Positions 13,048 to 22,564 of a stretch of 64,000 nt of DNA are shown here, piece after piece; the stretch's first letter is position 1; each line of letters opens with the position of its first letter. Under the pieces are notes generated by a model. That model searched no databases and was not told the origin of the DNA. It saw only the letters and a list, made by a program, of their open reading frames with translations. The translations under genes and the position numbers were made by a program. The stretch comes from an uncultured Fidelibacterota bacterium (GTDB taxonomy: Bacteria; Fidelibacterota; Marinisomatia; Marinisomatales; UBA1611). The stretch is from the NCBI GenBank assembly GCA_913040915.1, contig CAJWHW010000007.1, positions 11,239 to 75,238 on the forward strand, in the 5' to 3' direction.

Positions 13048-13064
13048 CAGGCATGATTTTTGCA
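13048..13064 (+). promoter_or_regulatory. Putative sigma-54 (-24/-12) promoter
   Basis: CAGGCATGATTTTTGCA has GG (13050-51), exactly 10 nt, then GC (13062-63), matching TGGCACG-N4-TTGC. It is intergenic, and rpoN is in the window. Confidence 0.6.
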
Positions 13065-13108
13065 TTGAAATTTACCCGCTTGAGATGGAAAGGGAAAATT
13101 TATTCTAA

Positions 13109-13356
13109 ACATATAATAACCTAGGCGATGGTAATTCGGATCCCCAACCATTAAATCTTGACGGAATGGCTATTAGTGGAGATAGTGGTGGCTCTTGTTT
13201 TGGAAAATTTGGAGAAGAGTAGAAAATAATTGATATTCTATATCGGACACCATTAACTATGGCGGTGTTGCCGAATACAAAAAAGTCTCAATGTAAAAAG
13301 ACTGGATTGAAGATGTAATTAATTCCAATGTACCAGAATTACTAGTATCACCATAA
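13109..13356 (+). pseudogene. Decayed C-terminal fragment of a trypsin-like (S1) serine protease gene
   Basis: Frame +2 reads TYNNLGDGNSDPQPLNLDGMAISGDSGGSCFGKFGEE*KIIDI (GDSGG at 13178-13192; TAG at 13220). After a frameshift, frame +1 reads NYGGVAEYKKVSM*KDWIEDVI (TAA at 13294), matching the S1 C-terminal pattern Y-x-x-V-S-x-Y-x-x-W-I. Confidence 0.7.
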
Positions 13357-13363
13357 ATTGAAC

Positions 13364-14617
13364 TTATTCAAATCTTAATGATTCAATAGGATCCATATTA
13401 GCAGCTTTCCATGCAGGGTAGATACCAAATCCAATACCAATTACAGAACAGACGGCTAACCCGATAAATGCCCAGTCCAATGGAATAACAGCAGGTATAT
13501 TAAAAATAGCAGCTACGGCATTTCCACCGGCTACGCCGAGCACAATTCCTGCTATACCGCCAAATTCACTTAAGAACACAGCTTCAGTTAGAAATTGAGT
13601 AAGAATATCTCTGCGTGTTGCTCCAATGGCTTTACGAATACCAATTTCTTTGATGCGTTCAGATACAGAAACCAACATGATATTCATGATTCCTATTCCA
13701 GCAACTACCAGAGCAATAACACTAACAGAAAATGCAAACACTTTAATTCCATTAGTAAAACCCGATATTTCTTCCAATATCTCTTCATTAGATGTCAATT
13801 CAAAATTATTATCTTCTCCAGGTGGTACTTTTCTTAGCGTTCTTAAAATGCCGATAATTTCGTCACGAGTTTGTTCGTATAACTCTGATGATGGTGCTTC
13901 TACTGAAATTTCAATGTTATGTCGCCATCCACCGTACATTTGTAAATGCGTAGTCAAGGGTATACCAATAATATTATCCTGACTCTCACCAAACATTGCC
14001 CCTATTTCCTCAATCACACCAATGATACGAAACTTAATTCCATCAATCGTAATTGTTTTATCCAATGGATCTTCATATGGGAATAGTTGGGTAATGGCAT
14101 CTTTTCCGATTAAGGCTGTCTTCCGATGATGAAGAACATCATCCTGACTGAAATTTCGTCCATCGCTGATATTTGTATTTAAGGTTCTAAGGCTCCACTC
14201 ATCACATCCATAAACTTCGATATTTTTTGTGGCCTGTTTATCCCTATACTTTACAGTAGATCCCATTTCAATATCTTGTGCACTTACATGGAGAGGCAGT
14301 TGTGCTCTAGCTTTTAAATCTTCATAAAGCTGGTATGTAATATTCGGTCGGTTTTTATATCTCCATCTTCTTCCTTTACCAAATTGAAATTCTGGCCTTT
14401 TAGTAATGTAGAAAGTATTTGTACCAAAAACATTCAAGCCTTTTTCCACAGATGACTCAAGAGTTCTTATTGCTGTCATGACTCCGATGACAGAAAAAAC
14501 ACCAATTGTTATACCCAACAGGGTTAAGATAGAACGTAGTTTATTATCCCGAATAGCTTCCAGAGCCATTCTAAAACTTTCTATTAGAGTGTTTTTTAAA
14601 TGAGATTTCTTTTCCAT
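13364..14617 (-). CDS. ABC transporter permease, MacB/FtsX family
   Basis: NKLRSILTLLGITIGV, large periplasmic domain, GIGIMNIMLVSVSERIKEIGIRKAIGA and DPIESLRFE. Confidence 0.93.
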   Translation of the reverse strand: MEKKSHLKNTLIESFRMALEAIRDNKLRSILTLLGITIGVFSVIGVMTAIRTLESSVEKGLNVFGTNTFYITKRPEFQFGKGRRWRYKNRPNITYQLYEDLKARAQLPLHVSAQDIEMGSTVKYRDKQATKNIEVYGCDEWSLRTLNTNISDGRNFSQDDVLHHRKTALIGKDAITQLFPYEDPLDKTITIDGIKFRIIGVIEEIGAMFGESQDNIIGIPLTTHLQMYGGWRHNIEISVEAPSSELYEQTRDEIIGILRTLRKVPPGEDNNFELTSNEEILEEISGFTNGIKVFAFSVSVIALVVAGIGIMNIMLVSVSERIKEIGIRKAIGATRRDILTQFLTEAVFLSEFGGIAGIVLGVAGGNAVAAIFNIPAVIPLDWAFIGLAVCSVIGIGFGIYPAWKAANMDPIESLRFE

Positions 14618-14636
14618 TTATACAAAATTATTTTCA

Positions 14637-15851
14637 TTACTCATAACGAAGTGCATCAATGGGATCTAATTTTGCTGCTTTATAGGATGGAGCGAGACCT
14701 GATATGATTCCAACAAACATGGAAAGTCCTAAAGCACTCAATGCTAAATCAAGCGGCATGTCCGAAGGAAAATATTGATTAATTATAAGACTTCCTCCCC
14801 ATGCCAAACCCATTCCAATAAGCCCACCAAAAAGGCAAATAGTAATAGCTTCCATTAAAAATTGTCCTAAAATCATTTTTGGCGTGGCTCCTAATGCCTT
14901 TCGTGTACCTATCTCTCTTGTTCGTTCTTTCACTGAAACAAACATAATATTGGCAATACCAATTCCACCAACCACCAAGGATAATACAGTAATAAAAAAA
15001 CCTGTTCCTCCTATGGCTAGTTTGATCATAGAATATTGTTTTTTAAAAGGGTCTTGTCGATTTATTGCAAAATTATTTTCACTGGTAGGTCGTATATGCC
15101 TTAGTTGACGCATCATGGCAGTAAGTTCTTCAGTGGCATTTTCTATTTGATTGTGGGCCACTTTCACATTAATCCCGGTCCAGCCTCTACGGGTAAATAA
15201 GCGCTGATGGGTACCAATAGGAATTATAATTTGTTTATCTAAACTAAACATCCCAAGAAACTTTCCTTGTTTCTCAAGCTCACCAATGACACGAAATGTA
15301 TAATTACCTATAGTTATCTTTTTACTAATGGAATTTTCATTTTCAAATAAATTATCTGCAATATCCTTTCCTATGATAGCTACTCTTGAGCCAGATCTGC
15401 TTTCTGAATTTGAAAAAAACCTTCCCCTATCAATTTCAGCAGTGGAAATAAGAGCATATTCATCTGTTGTCCCAGTCACTCTTACCCCGCCAATATCATT
15501 CTCACCCCTTTTTACAGTCGTCCACCACTCGGATATAGGCGCTACATATTGAGTGTATCTGGATCGTTCACGGATCACATCTGCATGGTTGATTTTTATA
15601 TTGGGCCTATTTTTCATTTCCCACCATTCTTTATCACCAAACCATTCAAACTTTCTTATATATAGCACATCTTTCCCAAGGAACTCCATACTTTTTTCAA
15701 AAGATTGATCCAGACCTGATATAAGAGTTCCCATTAATGTGACGGCAAGGATACCAATCACCACTCCCAGAGCTGTAAGTAAGGAGCGCATTTTATTTGC
15801 CATGACGGCAGTTAGAGAAATACGCAGATTTTCAAAGAATAAACTAAACAT
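14637..15851 (-). CDS. ABC transporter permease, MacB/FtsX family
   Basis: NKMRSLLTALGVVIG, GGIGIANIMFVSVKERTREIGTRKALGA and DPIDALRYE. Confidence 0.93.
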   Translation of the reverse strand: MFSLFFENLRISLTAVMANKMRSLLTALGVVIGILAVTLMGTLISGLDQSFEKSMEFLGKDVLYIRKFEWFGDKEWWEMKNRPNIKINHADVIRERSRYTQYVAPISEWWTTVKRGENDIGGVRVTGTTDEYALISTAEIDRGRFFSNSESRSGSRVAIIGKDIADNLFENENSISKKITIGNYTFRVIGELEKQGKFLGMFSLDKQIIIPIGTHQRLFTRRGWTGINVKVAHNQIENATEELTAMMRQLRHIRPTSENNFAINRQDPFKKQYSMIKLAIGGTGFFITVLSLVVGGIGIANIMFVSVKERTREIGTRKALGATPKMILGQFLMEAITICLFGGLIGMGLAWGGSLIINQYFPSDMPLDLALSALGLSMFVGIISGLAPSYKAAKLDPIDALRYE

Positions 15852-16537
15852 TAAACAGTTGAGTAAATATCCTCTTTAATTTTTCCATCAAATAACCTAA
15901 TAGTTCGATGAGCATGGGAAGCCACATCATCTTCATGAGTTACAAGTATAATTGTATTCCCGGCCTGATGGAGCGAATCGAATATCCCCATAATTTCTGT
16001 ACCGCTTTTTGAATCAAGGTTACCTGTTGGTTCGTCCGCTAAAATAATGGATGGATTATTCACCAATGCACGTGCGATGGCAACACGCTGTCGTTGCCCA
16101 CCAGATAATTCATTAGGCTTATGATGCATTCGATCTCCCAAACCGACACTTTCAAGAGCTTTAACAGCCATAGACTGCCGCTGATTTTGAATAATATTAC
16201 CATAGATAAGAGGAATCTCAACATTATGCTGTGCAGTAGCCTTTGGGAGGAGATTGAATGTCTGAAATACAAATCCAATTTTTCTGTTTCGAATAGATGC
16301 TAATTGATCATCATTCATCTCGTGAACTTTTTCACCTTCAAATTCATATAAACCGGAAGTAGGCGTGTCCAGGCAGCCAATCATATTCATTAATGTAGAC
16401 TTGCCGGATCCAGAAGGCCCCATGATGGCTAAATATTCATTTTCTTGAATCATGAGATCTACTCCATCCAAGGCTCGAACTTCTTCACCACCTACATTGT
16501 AAATCTTAAAAATCTCTTTTAGAGAAATTAGCGACAT
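15851..16537 (-). CDS. ABC transporter ATP-binding protein (MacB/LolD-like)
   Basis: [29 protein letters not shown] and ADEPTGNLD. Start moved to ATG 16537 (MSLISLK), just after the adaptor stop. Confidence 0.93.
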   Translation of the reverse strand: MSLISLKEIFKIYNVGGEEVRALDGVDLMIQENEYLAIMGPSGSGKSTLMNMIGCLDTPTSGLYEFEGEKVHEMNDDQLASIRNRKIGFVFQTFNLLPKATAQHNVEIPLIYGNIIQNQRQSMAVKALESVGLGDRMHHKPNELSGGQRQRVAIARALVNNPSIILADEPTGNLDSKSGTEIMGIFDSLHQAGNTIILVTHEDDVASHAHRTIRLFDGKIKEDIYSTV

Positions 16538-16541
16538 ATTA

Positions 16542-17822
16542 CTATTGCTTTTTCCATTCACTACCAAAGCCTTGGCCAACGGAAACAAGCATACCATGCT
16601 CAAGCTCCCTACTGATTGCCTTATAACTCCCTGTAACAATAGAAGCACCTTCATCAATTCCAGATTTCACAGCATAATGACTTTCACTATCTACATCCAC
16701 ATCTACAGGTGTAATAATAGCATATTTTTTCCCTTCAGGTGCAATCTCACTTTCAAATTCATCCTTTAAAACAAAGACTACTTCAATCATTTTTTCTTTT
16801 TTCCATCCTTCATTTTCTGAGCTTCTTTCAACGCCACGTCCCTCTTTCTTTTTTCCTGCCTTTCGTTTTGCCATTTTTTCATATTTCTCTGAGCGAGCAG
16901 TTAGAGATTGAATTGGGACAGAAATTGCATTTTTTCTTATTTCTGTAATGATATTAACTGTGCTACTCATCCCCGGACGAATTGTTCCTGGAGGGTCGAT
17001 CATTTTCACCTTTACTTTAAAATTAGTGACTTGCTCTTGGCTTCCTAAATTCATTGATTGAGCCGTATGGGCAATTTCACTTACAACCCCATAAAATATT
17101 GTATCAGGGAGTGCATCCACTTCAACTTCTGCAGTATCTCCTACAGATACAGTCACAACATCATTTTCATTTACATCTACTAGCACTTCCATTCTACTTA
17201 AATCAGCGATAGTCATTACAACACCGGGGTTGAACATCCCGCCAACAGCCATTTCCCCAACTTCTTTAGTCAAACTTGTAACAATACCATAGGCAGGAGC
17301 TAATAATTTGGTTTTGGAGAGTTCATCTTCTCTGGAAAGCAAGGATGAACGTGCCTGCTCCACTTGACTTGAAGCTAACTCAAAGGATGCTTCAATTTGT
17401 TCTAATTCCTGCTTGGATATCAGATTTTGTTCAAATAAAGATTCAGTTCGTATTTTTTGAGCTTTGACTTGCTTTAGATTTGCTTCGGCAGATTTCACAC
17501 TGGATAATGTTTGGTTATAAGCCGCTCTATATTGTTTTTCATCCAGAGCAATGAGCATTTGCCCAGGTCTTACTGTATCCCCTTCAGCCACAGTGATATC
17601 AGTGATCCATGCTGTAATAGTAGATGAAATTTGTACTTCTTCCTCAGGCTGGATTCTACCGTTTGCATTCACCTTATGGATAATATCTCTGCGGAGAACT
17701 TTCTCAGCTTGAACAGAAATTTCTTCATCATTGGAAAAGCCGATTACGCCATAAGATATCCATGCAAAGATGATAATTAATATAGGAATCCAGATTTTTT
17801 TCTTTTTAAAATGTTTTATCAT
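16542..17822 (-). CDS. Efflux periplasmic adaptor (MacA-like membrane fusion protein)
   Basis: N-terminal TM, lipoyl half-motif [11 protein letters not shown], coiled-coil hairpin, IADLSRM and IRPGMS. Confidence 0.92.
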   Translation of the reverse strand: MIKHFKKKKIWIPILIIIFAWISYGVIGFSNDEEISVQAEKVLRRDIIHKVNANGRIQPEEEVQISSTITAWITDITVAEGDTVRPGQMLIALDEKQYRAAYNQTLSSVKSAEANLKQVKAQKIRTESLFEQNLISKQELEQIEASFELASSQVEQARSSLLSREDELSKTKLLAPAYGIVTSLTKEVGEMAVGGMFNPGVVMTIADLSRMEVLVDVNENDVVTVSVGDTAEVEVDALPDTIFYGVVSEIAHTAQSMNLGSQEQVTNFKVKVKMIDPPGTIRPGMSSTVNIITEIRKNAISVPIQSLTARSEKYEKMAKRKAGKKKEGRGVERSSENEGWKKEKMIEVVFVLKDEFESEIAPEGKKYAIITPVDVDVDSESHYAVKSGIDEGASIVTGSYKAISRELEHGMLVSVGQGFGSEWKKQ

Positions 17823-17828
17823 ATTTAG

Positions 17829-19154
17829 TTAGTCTTCTTTGGTTTGAAACTCTAAATCCAAGGTCCCCAGTAAAGCTTTCAAACTTGCTTCTTGCATCCT
17901 GGCATCATGGATTGTGTTAATGAGTGTTGAATTTGAACGAATAAGAGATACTTGTGCATCAAGAACTTCTAAAATAGTTGCAGACCCTAAACTGTATCTT
18001 TCTCGAACTAATTTTAAATCTTCCTCTGCAGAAGCCACTACAGCCCGGTTAATAGGTATTATCTCAGTATAATTCTCCAAAGTTTTGCGAATCAATTCTG
18101 CTTGAACCCGCAGATCATTCAATAAGGTCACATAATTATATTCCGATTGCTGTTTAGATAATTTGGCCTGATGTTGCTGAACTGAAAGTGAATTCCCAGT
18201 ATAAATTGGGACACTGACAGAGAAATTCATCCCTAGAGACCAATTGTCTTTTATAGCATCCCTTAATTCTTCACTATTTTCTCCATTTGCTGAATAACTG
18301 ACAGAAGAATTGAGGGATGGCATCCGCATTCCTTTTACCATTTTATAGGAAATTTCCCCTAAATAAATCTGTTCCTGTGAAATGAGTAAATTAGGATTAC
18401 TTGTTTTTAAAACTTGAAGTATTTCGCTACTGGGTGGTATAACAGGGGCGGTCCAAGTATCCTCTCTAGCAGTAATCGGTTGTCCAAAGTCCTGTAGGCC
18501 CATGTCATTGAATAACACCCGGCGGGCATTATCAAGATTCGTTTGTCTACTTAGCACTTCTACTCTGGCCTGACCTTGTGCAACTTTAGCTTTTAATAGG
18601 TCAGTTCGCTTAACTACACCCAAATCAAATTGTTTTTGCACAAGGGAAACCTGTTGTTCAGACATCTCTAAATTTTTAAGTGCTACCTCATAAAATTCCT
18701 GTGCTTTTAAGAGCCCGTAGTAAGATTGAATAACATTTTGGATAACTTGAATTTTAGTGGAACGATGATTCAACCTTGCAATATTAAGCTGAGACTTAGC
18801 CTGCTTTACTTGGTTTAAAGAACGGCCACCATTAAAAATATTCTGATTTAAAGAAATACCGGCAGATATATTATCATAAGAACTTGAGAGTGTAGTATCA
18901 ACAGAAAATGTCTCAAAATTTGGTGTAATTGTTTCAACTTGAGGGAAATGTGTACGACCGGTGCTTGTAGAAGCACTTAATGAAGGTAGAAAGCCGCTGT
19001 ATGATCCCTTTACACCTTCTTCCGCAGAAAAAACACCCAACTCTGATGACTGCAGTGTTTTTTTCGAACCAAGTGCAATCTCAATACAATCAGCTAATTC
19101 ATATCCCTGAGCGAATAAGCCAGAAAAGAAAAATATGATAAATGATTTTTTCAT
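17829..19154 (-). CDS. TolC-family outer membrane efflux protein
   Basis: Signal peptide, two OEP repeats (QFDLGVVKRTDLL; RYSLGSATILEVLDAQ); first gene of the efflux operon. Confidence 0.9.
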   Translation of the reverse strand: MKKSFIIFFFSGLFAQGYELADCIEIALGSKKTLQSSELGVFSAEEGVKGSYSGFLPSLSASTSTGRTHFPQVETITPNFETFSVDTTLSSSYDNISAGISLNQNIFNGGRSLNQVKQAKSQLNIARLNHRSTKIQVIQNVIQSYYGLLKAQEFYEVALKNLEMSEQQVSLVQKQFDLGVVKRTDLLKAKVAQGQARVEVLSRQTNLDNARRVLFNDMGLQDFGQPITAREDTWTAPVIPPSSEILQVLKTSNPNLLISQEQIYLGEISYKMVKGMRMPSLNSSVSYSANGENSEELRDAIKDNWSLGMNFSVSVPIYTGNSLSVQQHQAKLSKQQSEYNYVTLLNDLRVQAELIRKTLENYTEIIPINRAVVASAEEDLKLVRERYSLGSATILEVLDAQVSLIRSNSTLINTIHDARMQEASLKALLGTLDLEFQTKED

Positions 19155-19194
19155 TTTTTTGAACTTTTATATTTGAAAAGTTTAATATTAAAAA

Positions 19195-20613
19195 CTAAGA
19201 ATTGTTTCGAATTTTAATTAAATAATTTATTGCTTCTTCATAAGAATTTTCAATTTTTCCATCTAATATAGCTTCCTCTATAGCATTTTTAATTTCCCCA
19301 ACTTTACGGCCTTCTGTCAATCCACAAATAGTCATTATTTCATCACCGCGAACTGGAGATTGAAATGCTTTCATCGCATCCCGCTCCGCTACATTATTCA
19401 TCTTGGATTCGACTTTTTCAAAATTTTTTAAATATTGTTTTACACGCTTGGAGTTTTTTGTTGTGATATCAGCTCTGCATAAGGTCATTAGATCATCTAT
19501 ATCTTCTCCTGCAGCAACCATTAGCCTCCTGACAGCCGAATCTGTAACAATATCTTTTACTAAAGCTATAGGACGGAGATGTAAAAGTGTTAACTTTTTT
19601 AAATATTCCTTTAAATCGTTGGGAAGTTTCATTCTATGGGCTACTTTGTTCAGCATACGCTCACCAATCGCATCATGGCCGTGGAAAGTGTACCCCTTCT
19701 TATTATCAATCCTTCTGGTGCTTGGTTTCGCAATATCATGGACCAAGGCAGCAAACCTTAATTCCATTTTTTCAGAAAGTTCTGCGGCATTATCCACCAC
19801 TTGAAGAGTGTGTGCAAAAATATCCTTATGATGCCACTCCGATGTTTGTTCCATGCCATACATAATATGTATTTCTGGGAATACTTTTTCCATGATTCCT
19901 GTTTTTTGCAAAATTACTAAACCTATGGAAGGTTTTTTTGTTTTTAAAATTTTGATGAATTCATCGCGTATCCGTTCCCAAGAAACAATTTCAATTCTAC
20001 TAGAATTTTTCTTCATTGAGTTTCTACATTCATGTTCAATTTTGAATCTCAATTTTGATGCAAAATAAGCAGCACGCATTATTCTAAGCGGATCTTCAGA
20101 AAATGTCTCATCTGGATTTGATGGTGTACGTAAAATTTTTTGATTAATATCCGTAATCCCTCCATAGGGGTCATAAAAATCTCCAAATGTCTTAGGTCGT
20201 ATATCCATAGCCATAGCATTAATTGTAAAATCTCGCCGGAATAAATCACCCTTTAAATCAGTATAAATTATCTTTGATGGTTTACGAGATTCTTCTTTGT
20301 ATTCTTCGTATCTCGCAGTTGCCACTTCAATTTGGATTTTCTTAAATGGAATTAAGGCTGTGCCAAATTTTTTAAATGGAATAATATTTTTAACATCCAA
20401 ACTCTCAGCTAACTTTTTAGCAAATGAGATACCCTCTCCCACCGTCATAATATCAATATCATTTAATGGTTTTCCCATGATTAGATCACGTACAAATCCA
20501 CCTACGACATAGACTTCTGTTCCATTCTTATCACCAAGTCGGCCCGCTAATTCCAAAACAAAGCGGACTTGGTTATATTTTTCATGATTTAATAAATCCT
20601 TTAGATTAGCCAT
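19195..20613 (-). CDS. CCA tRNA nucleotidyltransferase / poly(A) polymerase family with HD domain
   Basis: VGGFVRD..DID, RRDFTINAMA, EDPLRIMRA, ERIRDE and HD motif LVHDIAK. Confidence 0.92.
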   Translation of the reverse strand: MANLKDLLNHEKYNQVRFVLELAGRLGDKNGTEVYVVGGFVRDLIMGKPLNDIDIMTVGEGISFAKKLAESLDVKNIIPFKKFGTALIPFKKIQIEVATARYEEYKEESRKPSKIIYTDLKGDLFRRDFTINAMAMDIRPKTFGDFYDPYGGITDINQKILRTPSNPDETFSEDPLRIMRAAYFASKLRFKIEHECRNSMKKNSSRIEIVSWERIRDEFIKILKTKKPSIGLVILQKTGIMEKVFPEIHIMYGMEQTSEWHHKDIFAHTLQVVDNAAELSEKMELRFAALVHDIAKPSTRRIDNKKGYTFHGHDAIGERMLNKVAHRMKLPNDLKEYLKKLTLLHLRPIALVKDIVTDSAVRRLMVAAGEDIDDLMTLCRADITTKNSKRVKQYLKNFEKVESKMNNVAERDAMKAFQSPVRGDEIMTICGLTEGRKVGEIKNAIEEAILDGKIENSYEEAINYLIKIRNNS

Positions 20614-20687
20614 ATGGCGAAATTACCAAGATTAATTTTTGAAATAAACATCTTGAATACAAAGATCACTCTCATCAATTTTGCCCC

Positions 20688-21530
20688 ATGGTAAAAAGAG
20701 TCACAATCATTTTTCTTTTTCTTACTGCTAATTTGGCTGCCCAATTTGGTTCCGTTGATATCAATTTTGACACACGTCTACTCCGTAGTAATGAGAAGCA
20801 GGAGATTGTTAATCTCCAAAGTGATATACAGCGTTTTTTCTTAACCACAAGTTGGGACGAATCATACAGTGATTTGGAAATTCATCTCCATATCCAATTG
20901 GTCTTTGAAGGTATTACAGCAAAAGGGAATGAAAAAATATTCAGTTGCCAAGCTTTATTTTCCAATGGTAGCGACATTCGTTTTTTTGATAAAAGTGTGC
21001 AATTCATTTATAATTCAGGGTCCAGTCTTTACTTTGACCCAGTACTTTTTGAACCTTTATCTGGATTTCTCGCTTATTATGCACATTTAGTATTAGGGGG
21101 AGAAATTGATACCTACGAATTCAATGGAGGAAATATTGCATATGAAGCAGCCCGGGATATTGCCCTTCGCGGATCAGCTTCATTATATAAGAAAGGGTGG
21201 GGCAATCGAATAACTTTAGTGGACGATATAAATCGAAACATAGGATTGCGTAAAGCTCGTCTTGCTTGGTACATTGCCATGGATTTATTTAAAGATGGTG
21301 AATTAGAAGGAACTATTACAGAAATAAATAATATGCTGGATGGCATTGAACAATCATATAGGGATTTAGGTAGAGATCACCATACCCAGTATTTTTTAAA
21401 AGTTCAATCAGGCCCCATAGCCAGAATTTTGGCTATGATGGGACGGAGAGAATTATTAATGGATATGAAAGAATTAGACCCTGATCGACGGGATTTTTAT
21501 CAGGAAGCCTTAGACTCGATTTCAAAATAA
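20688..21530 (+). CDS. DUF4835-family (PorD-like) exported protein
   Basis: Signal peptide; LAYYAHLVLG..DTYEFNGG..Y..A..I...GWGNR..LV resembles DUF4835 (recalled pattern). Confidence 0.7.
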   Translation: MVKRVTIIFLFLTANLAAQFGSVDINFDTRLLRSNEKQEIVNLQSDIQRFFLTTSWDESYSDLEIHLHIQLVFEGITAKGNEKIFSCQALFSNGSDIRFFDKSVQFIYNSGSSLYFDPVLFEPLSGFLAYYAHLVLGGEIDTYEFNGGNIAYEAARDIALRGSASLYKKGWGNRITLVDDINRNIGLRKARLAWYIAMDLFKDGELEGTITEINNMLDGIEQSYRDLGRDHHTQYFLKVQSGPIARILAMMGRRELLMDMKELDPDRRDFYQEALDSISK

Positions 21531-22549
21531 GTCTTTTTACCGCCTAAGTAATGGACTAACACAATTGCAGTCTTTGCCATATTGGCCATAATTATTTTAC
21601 TGCTGACTTTTCTTAATTTTCTATACCGAGCCCTTTTCTTTAAAATCGTAATCGGATGTAAAAATATCCAGAGTAATGACCTAAGTATACCTGTCAGATG
21701 GTTCCAATCCATCTTCACAAGGGCATACCCCAAGGCTACAAACTCAAGCATAAAACGAATGAATCCTATGTAAAATATGATTGGAAAAGAATAATTCCCA
21801 AATAACATGAGTAGGGAATTGCGATGATTTAGATAATATTTCCGGTGAGTATGCATTGGAAGAGAAACAGCATTTTTATGATATACAACGGATTGTGGTT
21901 CAACCCAGACTTCATAGCCCATAGCCTGAAACCGCCAACATAAATCAATTTCTTCCATATGGGAAAAAAAAGTTTCATCAAATTTTCCTGCTTCAAAAAA
22001 TATATCTTTTCGGACCATCATAGCTGTTCCAGATGTCCAAAAACAGGATTCTGCAGTGTTATATTGACCTTGATCTTTTTCTTGTTCCAAAAAAATACGC
22101 CCTCGGGCAAATGGATAACAAAATATATCCATATGGCCACCTGCTCCTCCGGCATAATCAAAAATATTTTTTTGATAATAATTTAGGATTTTAGGTTGAA
22201 TAGAAGCGATGAAGTCGTTCTTGTCCAGTTTATCTACCAAAGGAGGTAGCCAGTCAGAGTCTTGAGTAGTATCATTATTTAAAAATAATAGGTATTTTCC
22301 ATTGGCTTTTTCAGCACCACGATTACATCCACCGGCATATCCATAATTTTGATCATTTTCAATAAGGATGATATCAGGATGGTTGGTCTTAATCCATTCC
22401 TGACTTCCATCAATAGATGCATTATCAATTATAATGATTTCAAATGATTCATAATTGGATTGCTTTAAAGTCGATATACATTCAGACAGGACTTCAATTC
22501 CATTCCAGTGGGGAATAATAATGGAAACTGTTGGCTGTGATTTGGTCAT
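21500..22549 (-). CDS. Glycosyltransferase family 2
   Basis: SIIIPHWN, IDNASIDGS, NYGYAGGCN, FLNND and EEIDLCWR. Confidence 0.93.
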   Translation of the reverse strand: MTKSQPTVSIIIPHWNGIEVLSECISTLKQSNYESFEIIIIDNASIDGSQEWIKTNHPDIILIENDQNYGYAGGCNRGAEKANGKYLLFLNNDTTQDSDWLPPLVDKLDKNDFIASIQPKILNYYQKNIFDYAGGAGGHMDIFCYPFARGRIFLEQEKDQGQYNTAESCFWTSGTAMMVRKDIFFEAGKFDETFFSHMEEIDLCWRFQAMGYEVWVEPQSVVYHKNAVSLPMHTHRKYYLNHRNSLLMLFGNYSFPIIFYIGFIRFMLEFVALGYALVKMDWNHLTGILRSLLWIFLHPITILKKRARYRKLRKVSSKIIMANMAKTAIVLVHYLGGKKTYFEIESKAS

Positions 22550-22564
22550 GATGACCTATTTAGA

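Noticed and set aside
13330..13356. VPE near the end of the protease relic as a PEP-CTERM sorting signal
   Set aside because: No second Pro, no TM helix and no basic tail follow.
16538..16657. N-terminal extension of the ABC ATPase in the ORF track (likewise kdsC 9783-9845 and recG 28036-28107)
   Set aside because: The extensions overlap upstream genes and precede the family-typical N-termini; downstream starts fit better.
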